From an uncultured Gammaproteobacteria bacterium (GTDB taxonomy: Bacteria > Pseudomonadota > Gammaproteobacteria > UBA9214): a DNA stretch of 64,000 bases. This document shows, in pieces, positions 38,460-48,966 of this stretch (positions within the stretch are counted from its first letter, which is position 1; each line of letters begins with the position of its first letter). Below the pieces are notes generated by a model, which was not told the DNA's origin, ran no database searches, and saw nothing but the letters and a program-made list of their open reading frames with translations. Where the stretch lies: contig CAVVHS010000009.1 in assembly GCA_963748215.1 (NCBI GenBank), forward strand, positions 64,001 to 128,000. The letters are read 5' to 3'. Both the position numbers and the translations under genes were made by a program.

Positions 38460-38746
38460 ACGGCCGGGCAGCGCAGGCTGCCGCGGCAGACCCTTTGGCT
38501 ATGACCTGGATGCGCGGGCGGGGAACCGGATTTTGCCCTTTGCAGCGCACATCCCCGTGTGCGTCCAGGCCCTGTTTTTCCTGATACCGGCGCGGCTGCC
38601 CTGATGCCCGGCATAGGCGCAATCGCGCGACGGTAATCCGGCGTACCAGGCGCGGTTATCGTCTTGCGGTTGTCAAAATCACGGCCCCACCATCCGCATG
38701 AAATCCTAATGCACTGATAAAAAATGAAAATTTATTGAGCACTTTG

Positions 38747-38763
38747 TGGCATAGCGATTGCAT
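38747..38763 (+). promoter_or_regulatory. sigma54 promoter of fliL
   Basis: TGGCATAGCGATTGCAT. Confidence 0.7.
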
Positions 38764-38850
38764 AACTTTTTATTGTGGCATGACTGGAAGGAGTCCGGTC
38801 CGCGCCACGTCGGTATTCATGGAAGAAACGACATCAAAGCAAGGTAGCTT

Positions 38851-39327
38851 ATGAAGAAGATCATCATCATTGCAGTTGCTGTGCTGCTACTTGCCGTTAT
38901 CGCAGGCGGCGCCGCGTATTTCATGCTGGGAAAGGATCCGGAAACCCAGGCCGGAGCAGTGGCTGTCACGGATCAGGCGGGCGAGGTGAAGGCCGCAATA
39001 CCGGACAAACCACCGATCTATTTCGGGCTCGACCCGGATTTTGTCGTCGCCTTCCAGAATCCCAAAACGGTCCGCTTCCTCAAGGCTTCAATCGAGGTGG
39101 TCGTGTATGACCAGGATGTCATCGACGACCTGAAACTGCATATGCCGGCGGTGCGCGATGCCGTGCTGCTGCTGTTCAGCATGCAGCAGGAAGAAGACCT
39201 GATGAGCATCGAGGGCAAGGAAGCCTTCCGTGCACAGATCCTGGAGAAGATACGCTCGACCCTGGAACGCCTGACCGGCAGTCCCGGTGTCGAGGCGGTC
39301 TACTTCAGCAACTTCGTCATGCAATAA
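38851..39327 (+). CDS. fliL: Flagellar basal body-associated protein
   Basis: N-terminal TM, PDFVV, HMPAVRD, EGKE..R, VEAVYFSNFVMQ. Confidence 0.93.
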   Translation: MKKIIIIAVAVLLLAVIAGGAAYFMLGKDPETQAGAVAVTDQAGEVKAAIPDKPPIYFGLDPDFVVAFQNPKTVRFLKASIEVVVYDQDVIDDLKLHMPAVRDAVLLLFSMQQEEDLMSIEGKEAFRAQILEKIRSTLERLTGSPGVEAVYFSNFVMQ

Positions 39328-39486
39328 CGGTATCGGGTCAGTCGAGCCGACGGTGGCACCCGTCGTGTGCAGAGAGTTGCCGCCGGGCCGGGGCGTGGAC
39401 TGCACGGGGCGCGAAGACAGGCAGACGCTGTGCATGCCGGGCCGCAGCACTGTGCCGTATAGCGAGATCTGGCACGGCAGGCGTTG

Positions 39487-40335
39487 TTATGTGGCGCCGA
39501 CGGCCAGCGCCGCCTGCAGGTGACCGGACTGCCGGTTGCCCGCGAACACCTCGTAACCCCGGCGGGCGACGTCTTCCCAGGCGCCGCTCGCGATCATCTC
39601 ACGACAGGTTTCGGCCAGCCGTTCGTACGGTGCCTGGACAATGCCGTCCTGAACGGACGCGAGCGCACTGTCCGCGGGGGACGCCTCCGAGACGACACAG
39701 ACCCGGTTTGCCAGCAGGTAGGAAATGCGCACGATCTCGAATATCTTCGCCGGGTAGTAATGAATGTTCAGCACGATCCTGCTGCGCGCGATCACGGCGT
39801 CACGCTGTTCGCCATAGACCCCGAACAGGGTTTCGACCCTGAGTCCGGTGCTGACCAGCGCTTTCAGGACCTGCAGCCGCCGTTCGTTCATCGAGCCGTA
39901 GAACAGCACGTCGATATCCCTGTCCGGCGCGGGATCGATCCGGCACAGGCGCTCGCTGAAGCCGATCGGACAATGCACGGGATCACGGATGCCCAGTTGC
40001 TCCAGCTGTGCGATGTTGTAGCGGCTGTAGTCCCAGACGCGGTGACGCCGCAGCAGTTTCAGATAGGCGCCGGTCAGCCACTCGGAGCCGGGCGTGATCT
40101 GTTCAAGGTTGTAGAGGATGCTCTTGCCCGGCGCCTTCACTCCCGGCATGCCCGGCAGCAGGTTGGCGCCCAGTACGATGGCCTTGCCATGGATGCGTTC
40201 CCGTGTCGTGACAACGGGGGCATCGATGCCGAGTTCGCGGAATCCGCCCTGCAGGCCGAGGGCGACTTCGCTGAAGGCGCCGGAATGCGCGTAACCCGGG
40301 GGCGTCACTATCCAGATGCAGTAGGCGTCCGGCAT
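39487..40335 (-). CDS. Glycosyltransferase-like protein (GT-B, group 1-like)
   Basis: YNLEQ, WDYS, DIDVLFYGS..ERR, SRIVLNIH, FEIVRI...VVSE. Confidence 0.75.
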   Translation of the reverse strand: MPDAYCIWIVTPPGYAHSGAFSEVALGLQGGFRELGIDAPVVTTRERIHGKAIVLGANLLPGMPGVKAPGKSILYNLEQITPGSEWLTGAYLKLLRRHRVWDYSRYNIAQLEQLGIRDPVHCPIGFSERLCRIDPAPDRDIDVLFYGSMNERRLQVLKALVSTGLRVETLFGVYGEQRDAVIARSRIVLNIHYYPAKIFEIVRISYLLANRVCVVSEASPADSALASVQDGIVQAPYERLAETCREMIASGAWEDVARRGYEVFAGNRQSGHLQAALAVGAT

Positions 40336-40346
40336 GGCAGTAGCGG

Positions 40347-41258
40347 CTACGCGGCGCCGTGGCTGGCGAAGTCGTGCAGGTCGTCATAGCCAAGCATCTG
40401 CATGACATCCCGATGCCGGTAGTCGCGATACACTGACAGCAGCCCGGCGCTGTGTGTGAACGCGCAGCGCCGTTCGGGATTCACCTGGCTGATGGCAGAC
40501 TCGAGTTGCCCGGCAGCAGGCGCGAGGCCGGCGAATTCCGCAATCCCTGCCAGCTCGTTTGCCGGGTCGGCGAGGAAATCCTCGTAGCGGATACGCATGG
40601 CCCGGGCGCCGAACTGTCCCTCCAGGGCAAGCGCCTGGCGCGTGTACTCCTCCCACAATGCCAGTCCTTCCTCGAGGTGGAACAGTCGCGGTGACTGTTG
40701 CAGGCGCATGGAGCCGTCCAGCTGTTCGGCCTGCAGCCCTGCCAGCATGGCCTTGTGCCGGGCGAGTATTTCGTGCTCGCGCCGACGCAGGCTGTCTGCG
40801 ACATCCAGCGGATTGCGGCATACGTGCAGCAGTTTCGCGCCCGGGAACAGCCGTGCCCATACCGTTGCCGTGAACGTATTCCTGGGGTCCTTCCAGCCCC
40901 AGGGAATCGTGTTGTCCGGTGCAAACAGCGACAGGAAGCGCGTATCGGGTCCCGTGAAGGCCGCCGCGGAAGGCCCGTTGATGACATTGCCGGTGACGGT
41001 GTGGAAATACCAGGCCAGCTCGTCATTGATGAAACGCATGTTGTAGGTGTTATCCCAGCCGGCCCCTAGCTGTTCGAACATCCACTGGTTCAGGGTCTGG
41101 AAAAACACCGCTTCGTGGTTATGCTCCTTTTCGTGACCGACGAACAGGCCGGCCGACTCCAGCGCGCGGCAGATCAGCGAGGTGCCGGAGCGGTGCATGC
41201 CGCAGATTATCAGGGGTGCCATCGGCCGGTCACTCCGCCGCGTGTCGGTGCCCGTCAC
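40347..41258 (-). CDS. Sulfotransferase
   Basis: GMHRSGTS PAPS loop, WGWKDPR, RNPLDVADS, RYEDF. Confidence 0.88.
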   Translation of the reverse strand: MTGTDTRRSDRPMAPLIICGMHRSGTSLICRALESAGLFVGHEKEHNHEAVFFQTLNQWMFEQLGAGWDNTYNMRFINDELAWYFHTVTGNVINGPSAAAFTGPDTRFLSLFAPDNTIPWGWKDPRNTFTATVWARLFPGAKLLHVCRNPLDVADSLRRREHEILARHKAMLAGLQAEQLDGSMRLQQSPRLFHLEEGLALWEEYTRQALALEGQFGARAMRIRYEDFLADPANELAGIAEFAGLAPAAGQLESAISQVNPERRCAFTHSAGLLSVYRDYRHRDVMQMLGYDDLHDFASHGAA

Positions 41259-41950
41259 GCGCCCGCACCGGTACCCGTCCTGTGCGCGGGCTGCCCGCCG
41301 CCGAACACGGTGTCGAGATAGGCGATGTCGCGATCGCTAAGCACCTCCCGGTAGCCGCCGACCTTGCCCTTGCGTACCTTGGGTGCGCCGTTCCTGGGGC
41401 GCAGCCACGGTTCCGGGAAGGCGCCGGACCGTTCGACCTGCTGCATGTTTTCGAAGGACGAGATCCTGGCAGCCTCGCTGACCGCGTCCGCGGTGCAGTC
41501 GAAGCCATAGTAGTCGAGCACGCGCCGCAACACGGCCTCGAAGTCCGCATGACATTCCTCATAGGTGATTTTCAAGGCCAGGTCTTGTGCACACAGCTGA
41601 TCCCACAGTTGCTGAAAGCGCTGCAGGTTGTGCGCACCGAAGTAATCGTCGCGGATGAAGGCCGAGATGTCGCCCTGGTAATTGAAGAAGTCACGGAAAC
41701 GCCCGGTGACCTGGTGGTATAGGCTGACGATGATATCGCGCGGTTCGCGCGCCAGGTAGACCGGCCGACAGGGTGGTGCGTATTGCAGGCGGCGCACCGC
41801 GATATCGAAATCGTGCGCCGGCCGGTTGCCGTCGTTGAATTCGAAACCGTCGTGGTGAAAGGCGATATCGTGACCGTGACCGAGCATGGTCAGGGCGAAC
41901 CGTACCCAGCTGCGCCCGGATTTCGGATAGGAGATGAAATGACAGTGCAT
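41255..41950 (-). CDS. Sulfotransferase domain protein
   Basis: SYPKSGRSW, REPRDIIVSLY, YEE, SSFENMQ, RKGKVGG. Confidence 0.88.
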   Translation of the reverse strand: MHCHFISYPKSGRSWVRFALTMLGHGHDIAFHHDGFEFNDGNRPAHDFDIAVRRLQYAPPCRPVYLAREPRDIIVSLYHQVTGRFRDFFNYQGDISAFIRDDYFGAHNLQRFQQLWDQLCAQDLALKITYEECHADFEAVLRRVLDYYGFDCTADAVSEAARISSFENMQQVERSGAFPEPWLRPRNGAPKVRKGKVGGYREVLSDRDIAYLDTVFGGGQPAHRTGTGAGA

Positions 41951-41955
41951 TACGA

Positions 41956-44172
41956 CTACCTTCTGAGAAATATTCTCGCGACACCGAAGCCGTCGCGCTG
42001 TGCTTGCTTGCCGTAGGTCAGTTCCCTGAATCCGGACGCGGCCAGCAGGGCATCGATCCCGTCCTGGCGATAGACGTCGGCCGTGGTGCGAATGGCAAAG
42101 ATGCGTCCGGTCATGGCGATGGCATCCGCCAGGGTGGCGAGCCGCTGCGGCCGGGCGAGATGGTGCTGGATGCCGAGGTAGAGCACGATGTCGTAGTGCG
42201 GCAGCAGCACCTGGCTGGCCGGTTCGCGGATCTCGTTCCATTCGTCCAGGTCGGCATGGATAAAGAAGTACGCGTCAGGGTAGGCGGCGCACAGCCCGGC
42301 GGCCGTGTGTACCCGGCTTTCGTCGATCTCGAGGCCATGCACAAGCCGCGCGCCCTGATCGAGACAGCGACGTGCAATCACGCCCTCGGCACAGCCGAAG
42401 TCGATGACCGTTGCGTCGCGGCAGTGCGCGAAGACGTATTCCAGGTCCTTGAAGCGCTCCGCCAGCGGCCATTTGCCATACAGACCGAGATCCGGCGCCA
42501 GCGTGTAATGGAACTTGCCATCGTCCCTGCACAGCGCGGCCAGGCGGCCGGCGTAGTGCGTCCAGTCGCAGCGGCAGATCTGTTCGCGTGCCCGGCCGAC
42601 CATGGCCGCGGCGGCATCCGGGTCTGCACACAACGCTGTCACGGCATCGGCGATGCTGTCCGCACTGGCACTGTCCAGCACCAGGGCGGTGTCCCCGTGA
42701 CGGGCAAAGGCCGACGTGCCGTGGGTTGTGCATACCAGTGGCACGCCACTCGCCATGGCCTCCGCCGCCAGGTTGGCCCAGCCGGCAAATTCCTCGGTAT
42801 GCACCACGATATCGACGCGGGCATAGAAGCCGGGCAGCTCAGCCTCGGATACCTGGCCCGCCAGTTCCAGGCGTCCCGACCTGACCAGGTCCTCGATGTC
42901 GGCCGTGTTTCCGGCAAAGCTGCCGAACAGGCGCGCCGTGAAATGTTCCGGCAGCTGCCGCAATGCCGCGAGCAGCGGTGCCGGGTTCTTGCTGGCGAGG
43001 CCGCCGAGTACGACTTTCTTCCGCGCTGACGGGGCGGCACGGTAAGGGGCGGGCGCAAAGCGGGCGGTATCGACGGCGCCTTCAAGCACGGCGAACTTGC
43101 GGGCCTGGAACTCCGTATAGCTGCCCGGCGACCAGTGCGCGTTGTTGAACACGACCAGGTCGGGCCGGAAGCTGCCGTTCACGGCGAGGAAGCGCGCCTT
43201 GAGCGAGGGATCGTTCAGGACGTGCTGGACCCGGTAACCGAAGTTGTCTGCCTGCAGCAGGGCGAAGCGGCGGATGGTTTCTTCCGGGAAACCCGCACCC
43301 GGCACCATGGTGGCCGTCCATTGCTGTCGTGCCGCCGTCTCGATATCCAGTACGGGGCACTCACTGTGCCAGGCCGGTTCGGAGCGGGCGGCAAGGGTCG
43401 CGAAACACAGTTCATGTCCCCAGGTGCGCAATTCCCTGGCCACGCGCTCGAAACGCAGCAGGCCGCCGCTCGCGATCAGGTCATGGCAGACGACCAGTAC
43501 CCGCAATTGCCCTGCGGTCTGTTCCTGTGCCGGCGCCAGCGCGGCGGCCAGCTTGCGCAGAAACGTGATCTTACCGACCCGTTCGACGATCTCGAAGCGC
43601 CGGCTCGCCAGCAGTTCCTCGATCACATGCGCAGGTCCGATCGCGGGATCCATGGAATCGTCGAAGGCGATGCATCCGCCGGGCTCGACAAACGGCTCCC
43701 AGCACTCGATATCCTTTTGCACGCCGGCGTGGGTGTGATCGCCGTCGATGAACAGCAGCCCGATCGGTCCGCGCCATGCCCGGGCAGCCGCCTCACTGGT
43801 AAGGTTGACCAGCGCGACCCGGTCATAGTAGCCGGATTCGAGCATGATCCGGTAAAAGGCGCCCCGATCTTCCGCGCCGAATATGCCACCGTAAACGCCG
43901 GTGAAATCCGCGTGCGGGTCGACACACACAATGCGGCCGGACGCAGCGGGATTGTGGTGCAGACCGTGGGCGAGTGACACGGCCGATTTCCCCCGGAAGC
44001 TGCCGATTTCGACAATGTCGCCATGGCCGACGTCTGCCGCGTGGCGTGCCAGCGCCATGCCTTCCTCGGGCGAGATGCCGCCCCTGTGGCTGTTGAGAAA
44101 GCGCACGAAGTCAAAGGGCGCATGCGCTTCCTGGTGTGCACAGTTATCGGTAAGCTGCATTGACCTCTCCAT
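41956..44172 (-). CDS. Methyltransferase - GT4 glycosyltransferase - methyltransferase fusion
   Basis: VEIGSFRGKS...LFIDGDH...FDD (Methyltransf_24-like); SGG...E.FAG...AEAMASGVP (GT4); VIDFGCAEG (class I SAM). Confidence 0.85.
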   Translation of the reverse strand: MERSMQLTDNCAHQEAHAPFDFVRFLNSHRGGISPEEGMALARHAADVGHGDIVEIGSFRGKSAVSLAHGLHHNPAASGRIVCVDPHADFTGVYGGIFGAEDRGAFYRIMLESGYYDRVALVNLTSEAAARAWRGPIGLLFIDGDHTHAGVQKDIECWEPFVEPGGCIAFDDSMDPAIGPAHVIEELLASRRFEIVERVGKITFLRKLAAALAPAQEQTAGQLRVLVVCHDLIASGGLLRFERVARELRTWGHELCFATLAARSEPAWHSECPVLDIETAARQQWTATMVPGAGFPEETIRRFALLQADNFGYRVQHVLNDPSLKARFLAVNGSFRPDLVVFNNAHWSPGSYTEFQARKFAVLEGAVDTARFAPAPYRAAPSARKKVVLGGLASKNPAPLLAALRQLPEHFTARLFGSFAGNTADIEDLVRSGRLELAGQVSEAELPGFYARVDIVVHTEEFAGWANLAAEAMASGVPLVCTTHGTSAFARHGDTALVLDSASADSIADAVTALCADPDAAAAMVGRAREQICRCDWTHYAGRLAALCRDDGKFHYTLAPDLGLYGKWPLAERFKDLEYVFAHCRDATVIDFGCAEGVIARRCLDQGARLVHGLEIDESRVHTAAGLCAAYPDAYFFIHADLDEWNEIREPASQVLLPHYDIVLYLGIQHHLARPQRLATLADAIAMTGRIFAIRTTADVYRQDGIDALLAASGFRELTYGKQAQRDGFGVARIFLRR

Positions 44173-44195
44173 GGATAGCGTTGAACTGCTGCGGA

Positions 44196-45149
44196 TCAGG
44201 ATGCGTTGCCCTGCTGCAAACGCGGTTGCGCATCCGGGTCATCATTGAACATTGTCGCGCAGAATGTCCGGAATTCCCGGTATTCGTGCGTCAACGGCAT
44301 GGCAAACGGGTCGTCCAGGTTCCAGACGATATTGATATGCCAGTCCGCCAGCAGTGCCGAGCGCTGCCTGTCCCATACCTGGTAGACAGCCAGGTCGTCC
44401 GTCTCGACGGCGCGCTGCTTGAGTCGTGACAGGTTCCACAGCAGCGCTCCCAGGCGCACGCCGAACTTGCGGTCGAAGTCGTCCGCGCCCGGTGTCCAGG
44501 CGCGGACCCTGAAGGCATCCTGTTGCAGCAGGAAGGCCGAGAACAGCCGCTCGATGATGAAGATGCGCATGGCCGCGCTGGCGTCCCGTTCGTACTGGCC
44601 GCTGCCGCTGTAGATCTGTCCTACCTCCGTGCCGGCGACGGCTGCTGCGTCAAGCAGCGCCAGCGCACGATCGATGAACGCGAAATAGGCATCCCAGAAA
44701 CGCCTGTTGGCGACGAAGTAATTGCAGAAGGCAAAGGTGCTGGTGTCGCAGACCGTGGCCACCTGGATACCCATATTCTGTTCGAGAAAATAGGCGATCT
44801 TTTCGATGCCCGTGTGCGCGCAGTGGATGCCCTGTTCCCAGCCGTTGGCGTACACGGCCTCGTTGCCGATCATGGGATTGATGAACGCACAGTCGGCCCC
44901 CGCGTCGAAGGCCGAGCGGCAGAAGGCATGGAAGTCACGGAAAGCGACCGGTGCCTTGTGCTCGAACTTCCAGGACACCAGTCCCCAGGGTTCATTGGCG
45001 TCGCGGTTGGCCGGATCTGCATGCAATTGCTTGAACAATTCGTATTCCCGTGTGCCGGGCGCGCGGTTCGCCGAGGCATCAAACGGGATGGCACCGTCGC
45101 AGACGAATGCCCGTTGCTCCACATCCATGTAGGCCTGGTAAATTTTCAT
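44196..45149 (-). CDS. Hypothetical protein of glycan biosynthesis island
   Basis: IYQAY...REY...WGLVSWKF...FCNYFVA...FIIERL; first gene of co-oriented island. Confidence 0.7.
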   Translation of the reverse strand: MKIYQAYMDVEQRAFVCDGAIPFDASANRAPGTREYELFKQLHADPANRDANEPWGLVSWKFEHKAPVAFRDFHAFCRSAFDAGADCAFINPMIGNEAVYANGWEQGIHCAHTGIEKIAYFLEQNMGIQVATVCDTSTFAFCNYFVANRRFWDAYFAFIDRALALLDAAAVAGTEVGQIYSGSGQYERDASAAMRIFIIERLFSAFLLQQDAFRVRAWTPGADDFDRKFGVRLGALLWNLSRLKQRAVETDDLAVYQVWDRQRSALLADWHINIVWNLDDPFAMPLTHEYREFRTFCATMFNDDPDAQPRLQQGNAS

Positions 45150-45652
45150 ATCCCTGAAAATTCGCTGTGTTGACGGAATGAATCACTGCAAGACACATGC
45201 CATGTCGCTGGAGCGGGCTGTCTGTCGTGAGTCTGCCGCCGTCGAGCTGGCTACGCGGCCGCTTCGGTGATGGTGGAAACGCAGTGCATTGCGGAGGGTC
45301 GCCCGATCGTGGTCGGGCGTCAAACGTGCGGCGAACACCCGCCAGTCGCACGCAGGGCAATGAATCCTATAAGGATATCGGTTCGGTTGGGGCCGCTTGC
45401 CGCGCCGTACCGGCTGCGACAAGCCCGCAAACAGCGCTTACTCCATCGCTGTGTCTGCGGTGCCGCAAGACAGTACGGCGTTGATGTACCGGCTGGTAGC
45501 AACCGGCGTTGCCTGCAAATCCTTGCCGCCAGCCTGCCGGAATCCCGGCAATCCTTTGCCGCCTGCCAAACCTGTAGCGCCGCATTTCCGGCACATGATT
45601 TGTTAGCAATTTTAAGCGACTGAAATTAATGGTGAATTTGTTTGTGTAACTG

Positions 45653-45669
45653 TGGCATAGCAATTGCAT
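45653..45669 (+). promoter_or_regulatory. sigma54 promoter of fliM operon (near-identical to fliL promoter)
   Basis: TGGCATAGCAATTGCAT. Confidence 0.7.
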
Positions 45670-45750
45670 TACCTGAACCAGACGCCAGCCGCAGCGTGCA
45701 ATCGCAAACTGTGACTGGATTCATGGATGAAGTACGCAAGCAGGATGCTT

Positions 45751-45972
45751 ATGAAGAAGATCGTTCTTTCTGTCATGGCAGTGGTGCTGGCGCCGCGTGG
45801 CGACAGTGGCGCTGACCGCTCCACTCGCGCTGTTGCAAACGATCCGGTCACGCCGGCCGCGGACGGCCGTGTCGCGATGCCGGGACATGCACAGCGTGCG
45901 GATCGCTCCTGTGCCCTCCACGCTGATGAACCGGTGCGCCTGATCAGGACGCAGCGGGTTACGGTGCACTAG
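45751..45972 (+). pseudogene. Probable degenerate fliL 5' duplicate
   Basis: GCTTATGAAGAAGATC start shared with fliL 38847-38862; MKKIVLSVMAVVLA versus MKKIIIIAVAVLLLA, then diverges. Confidence 0.5.
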
Positions 45973-45976
45973 CACC

Positions 45977-46969
45977 ATGAGCGAGAACGAAATACTTTCG
46001 GAAGAAGAAGTCGATGCCCTGATGGACGGCGTTGCAGCCGGCGAGGTCGCCGGCGCGCCGCCGGTCCCCAGGGGCGAGGTGCTGCCCTACGATCTGACCG
46101 ACCAGGACCATATCGTACGGGGCCAGCTACCGGTGCTGGAAAAGATCAATGCGCGCTTCGTGCGCCAGCTGGAAGACGGCTTCGAACAGATGCTGCAGCG
46201 CAGCGTCGAGATTTCCGAGGAAGGTCTGCAGACGGTCCGCGCCACGGACTACATCCACAGTCTGGGGCTGCCGGTCAGCCTGAATTTCATCAATATCAAT
46301 CCACTCGCCGGCGAAGCGCTGGTGGTGCTGGATCCGGCGCTGGTATTCAGTGTCGTGGACATCTATTTCGGCGGTTCCGGCAAGTATCGCAACCAGATGA
46401 TCGGACGCGAGTTCACGCCGACGGAACACCGCGTCATCCAGCTGATCCTGAACCAGACCCTGCGGGATCTCGCCGGCGCCTGGGAAAAGGTGCTGGTGGT
46501 GGACCCGCGCTTTATCCGGGCCGAGGCCGATCCGCAGTACTCGTCGCTGGCAGGATCGCGCGAGATGCTCATCATTTCCAGTTTCCGCATGGAAATCGAG
46601 GACAGCGGCGGCGAATTCCACATCGGCCTGCCGGTATCGATGATCGAGCCGATCCGCGACCTGCTGGACGGCGGGCAGCGCAAGAGCATGTCGGCCAATT
46701 ACGAACAGTGGCTGCACGCCCTGCAGCGGAACCTGCAGGATGCGGAGGTGGAGGTCTACGGCCGCATGGCGGAGACCGCGCTGACCCTGCGCGACGTGGT
46801 CGGCATGCAGCCCGGTGACATTATCCCGGTGAGCATGCCCGGCCAGGTAACCCTGCATGTCGGCGATGTGCCGCTGTTCAGGGGGCAGTTCGGGGTCTTC
46901 AGGGAGCATAACGCGGTCAAGGTTGAGACCGATGTCGAATGCAACGACAAATCACGGCGCAATAAATAG
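45977..46969 (+). CDS. fliM: Flagellar motor switch
   Basis: ILSEEEVDAL, YFGG.G, GREFTPTE, SMIEPIR. Confidence 0.95.
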   Translation: MSENEILSEEEVDALMDGVAAGEVAGAPPVPRGEVLPYDLTDQDHIVRGQLPVLEKINARFVRQLEDGFEQMLQRSVEISEEGLQTVRATDYIHSLGLPVSLNFININPLAGEALVVLDPALVFSVVDIYFGGSGKYRNQMIGREFTPTEHRVIQLILNQTLRDLAGAWEKVLVVDPRFIRAEADPQYSSLAGSREMLIISSFRMEIEDSGGEFHIGLPVSMIEPIRDLLDGGQRKSMSANYEQWLHALQRNLQDAEVEVYGRMAETALTLRDVVGMQPGDIIPVSMPGQVTLHVGDVPLFRGQFGVFREHNAVKVETDVECNDKSRRNK

Positions 46970-46981
46970 CAGGAGCACATC

Positions 46982-47407
46982 ATGAGTGAACAGACAGAAG
47001 GCAAGGAAATGGACACTGGCGATGCCGCCGCGACACCGGCGCAGGCCGCCCCGGATACGGCAGACGGCGCAGCACAGGGCAGCACGGATTACGAGCGTGC
47101 CGCCTTCCAGGAACTCGGCGAGGAAGCCGGTGCTGCGCGCAAGGGTGAAACCAGCCTGGACGTGATTCTCGATATACCGGTCACGCTGTCCATGGAAATC
47201 GGGCGTTCGAAAATCAGCATCGAGAACCTGCTGCAGCTGGCGCGCGGTTCGGTCGTGGAGCTGGACCGCATGGCCGGCGAACCGCTGGACGTGCTGGTCA
47301 ACGGCACACTGGTGGCGCACGGCGAGGTGGTGGTGGTGAACGACAAGTTCGGTGTCCGCCTCAGCGATGTCGTCAGTCCGGCCGAGCGGGTCAACACACT
47401 CAAGTAA
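46982..47407 (+). CDS. fliN: Flagellar motor switch
   Basis: ILDIPVTLSMEIG...AGEPLDVLVNG...GEVVVVNDKFGVR. Confidence 0.97.
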   Translation: MSEQTEGKEMDTGDAAATPAQAAPDTADGAAQGSTDYERAAFQELGEEAGAARKGETSLDVILDIPVTLSMEIGRSKISIENLLQLARGSVVELDRMAGEPLDVLVNGTLVAHGEVVVVNDKFGVRLSDVVSPAERVNTLK

Positions 47408-47420
47408 CGGGATGACGTCC

Positions 47421-47882
47421 ATGCGCAGAATGTCGGTCAATCATCTGTGGCGGCAAGCAGCCGGCCTGTTGCTTGCATTGCCGGCGGCCGGGTCGCTGCC
47501 GGCTGCCGAAAAGGCCCCGTCGCCGATCGGCATGGCCAGCGAGATCATGGACGGCGCCTTCATGCTGCAGTTTCTTGCCGGCCTGGCCATCGTGCTGGTC
47601 TGCATCGTCGGCCTGGCGTGGCTGATGAAACGTGCCGGCGGTCTGCGTTCCTCGGCGCAGGGCACCCTGCGTGTCATCGACGGCATCGCGCTCAGCGCAC
47701 GCGAACGCATTGTACTGGTCCAGGTCGGTGATACCCAGGTGTTGCTGGGCGTGGCGCCGGGCCGGGTCAACCGTGTGCATGTACTGGATGAAAAGGTGGT
47801 GACGGTGGCGCAGGCGGAAACTGTGCCGGTCAATTTCGCTGAACGCCTGAAACAGGTGATGGGCGGGGAGAAGCAGACATGA
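47421..47882 (+). CDS. fliO: Flagellar biosynthesis protein
   Basis: TM LAWLMKR; [16 protein letters not shown]. Confidence 0.88.
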   Translation: MRRMSVNHLWRQAAGLLLALPAAGSLPAAEKAPSPIGMASEIMDGAFMLQFLAGLAIVLVCIVGLAWLMKRAGGLRSSAQGTLRVIDGIALSARERIVLVQVGDTQVLLGVAPGRVNRVHVLDEKVVTVAQAETVPVNFAERLKQVMGGEKQT

Positions 47883-48637
47883 AAACGCTTGCCGTGCTTG
47901 CCGGATTGCTGTTGCTGATGCTGGCCTTGCCGTTCGGAACGGCCGTCGCGGCGCCCGGGCTGGCGGCCGTGACGATGGCGCCGGCCAGTGGCGGTGGCGA
48001 AACCTGGTCGGTGAGCATACAGGTGCTGGCGATGATGACGGCACTCTCGCTGCTGCCGGCCGCGCTGATCTCGATGACCTCGTTCACGCGCATCATCATC
48101 GTGCTGGCCATCCTGCGCCAGGCGCTGGGTACGGCGCAGACGCCCTCCAACCAGATCCTGATCGGACTGTCGCTGTTCCTGACCCTGTTCGTGATGTCGC
48201 CGGTGTTCGGCAAGATCTACGACGAGAGCCTGAAGCCGTATCTCGATGAACAGATCACGACGGAGCAGGCCCTTGCGCAGGGTGCCGCCCCGCTGCGCGG
48301 ATTCATGCTGGACCAGACCCGTGAATCCGATCTCGGTATGTTCGCCGATATCGCGCACTACGAGGAGGATGCACTGGAATCGCGGGAGTCGGTGCCGTTT
48401 TCACTGCTGGTCCCGGCCTACGTGACCAGTGAACTGAAAACCGCCTTCCAGATCGGCTTCCTGGTGCTGATCCCGTTCCTGGTCATCGACCTGGTCGTGG
48501 CCAGTGTGCTGATGTCGATGGGCATGATGATGCTGTCGCCCATGATCATCTCGCTGCCGTTCAAGATAATGCTGTTCGTACTGGTCGATGGCTGGGCCCT
48601 GATCATGGGCACGCTGGCCTCGAGTTTCTATGTCTAG
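47879..48637 (+). CDS. fliP: Export gate
   Basis: [30 protein letters not shown]. Confidence 0.97.
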   Translation: MKTLAVLAGLLLLMLALPFGTAVAAPGLAAVTMAPASGGGETWSVSIQVLAMMTALSLLPAALISMTSFTRIIIVLAILRQALGTAQTPSNQILIGLSLFLTLFVMSPVFGKIYDESLKPYLDEQITTEQALAQGAAPLRGFMLDQTRESDLGMFADIAHYEEDALESRESVPFSLLVPAYVTSELKTAFQIGFLVLIPFLVIDLVVASVLMSMGMMMLSPMIISLPFKIMLFVLVDGWALIMGTLASSFYV

Positions 48638-48683
48638 GCGGCCGTTGTACGGCCGCGCAGGCTGACTCACGGAGAGAGTTGCG

Positions 48684-48953
48684 ATGACACCGGAAAGTGT
48701 AATTCTGATCGGACAGGAGGCCATCAAGATCACGATACTCATGTCCGCGCCCATACTGGGATCGGCGCTGGCCGTCGGCCTGCTGGTCGGCATGTTCCAG
48801 GCCGCCACCCAGATCCAGGAAATGACGCTCAGTTTCATACCGAAGCTGGCCATGATCGCGACGATGCTGATGTTCGCCGGGACCTGGATGATTCACCTGG
48901 TGGTGGATTTCACGCGGCGCCTGTTCGAGAACATCCCGAACCTGATTGGCTGA
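48684..48953 (+). CDS. fliQ: Export gate
   Basis: FQAATQIQEMTLSFIPK. Confidence 0.96.
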   Translation: MTPESVILIGQEAIKITILMSAPILGSALAVGLLVGMFQAATQIQEMTLSFIPKLAMIATMLMFAGTWMIHLVVDFTRRLFENIPNLIG

Positions 48954-48966
48954 ATTGGAACCGGCG

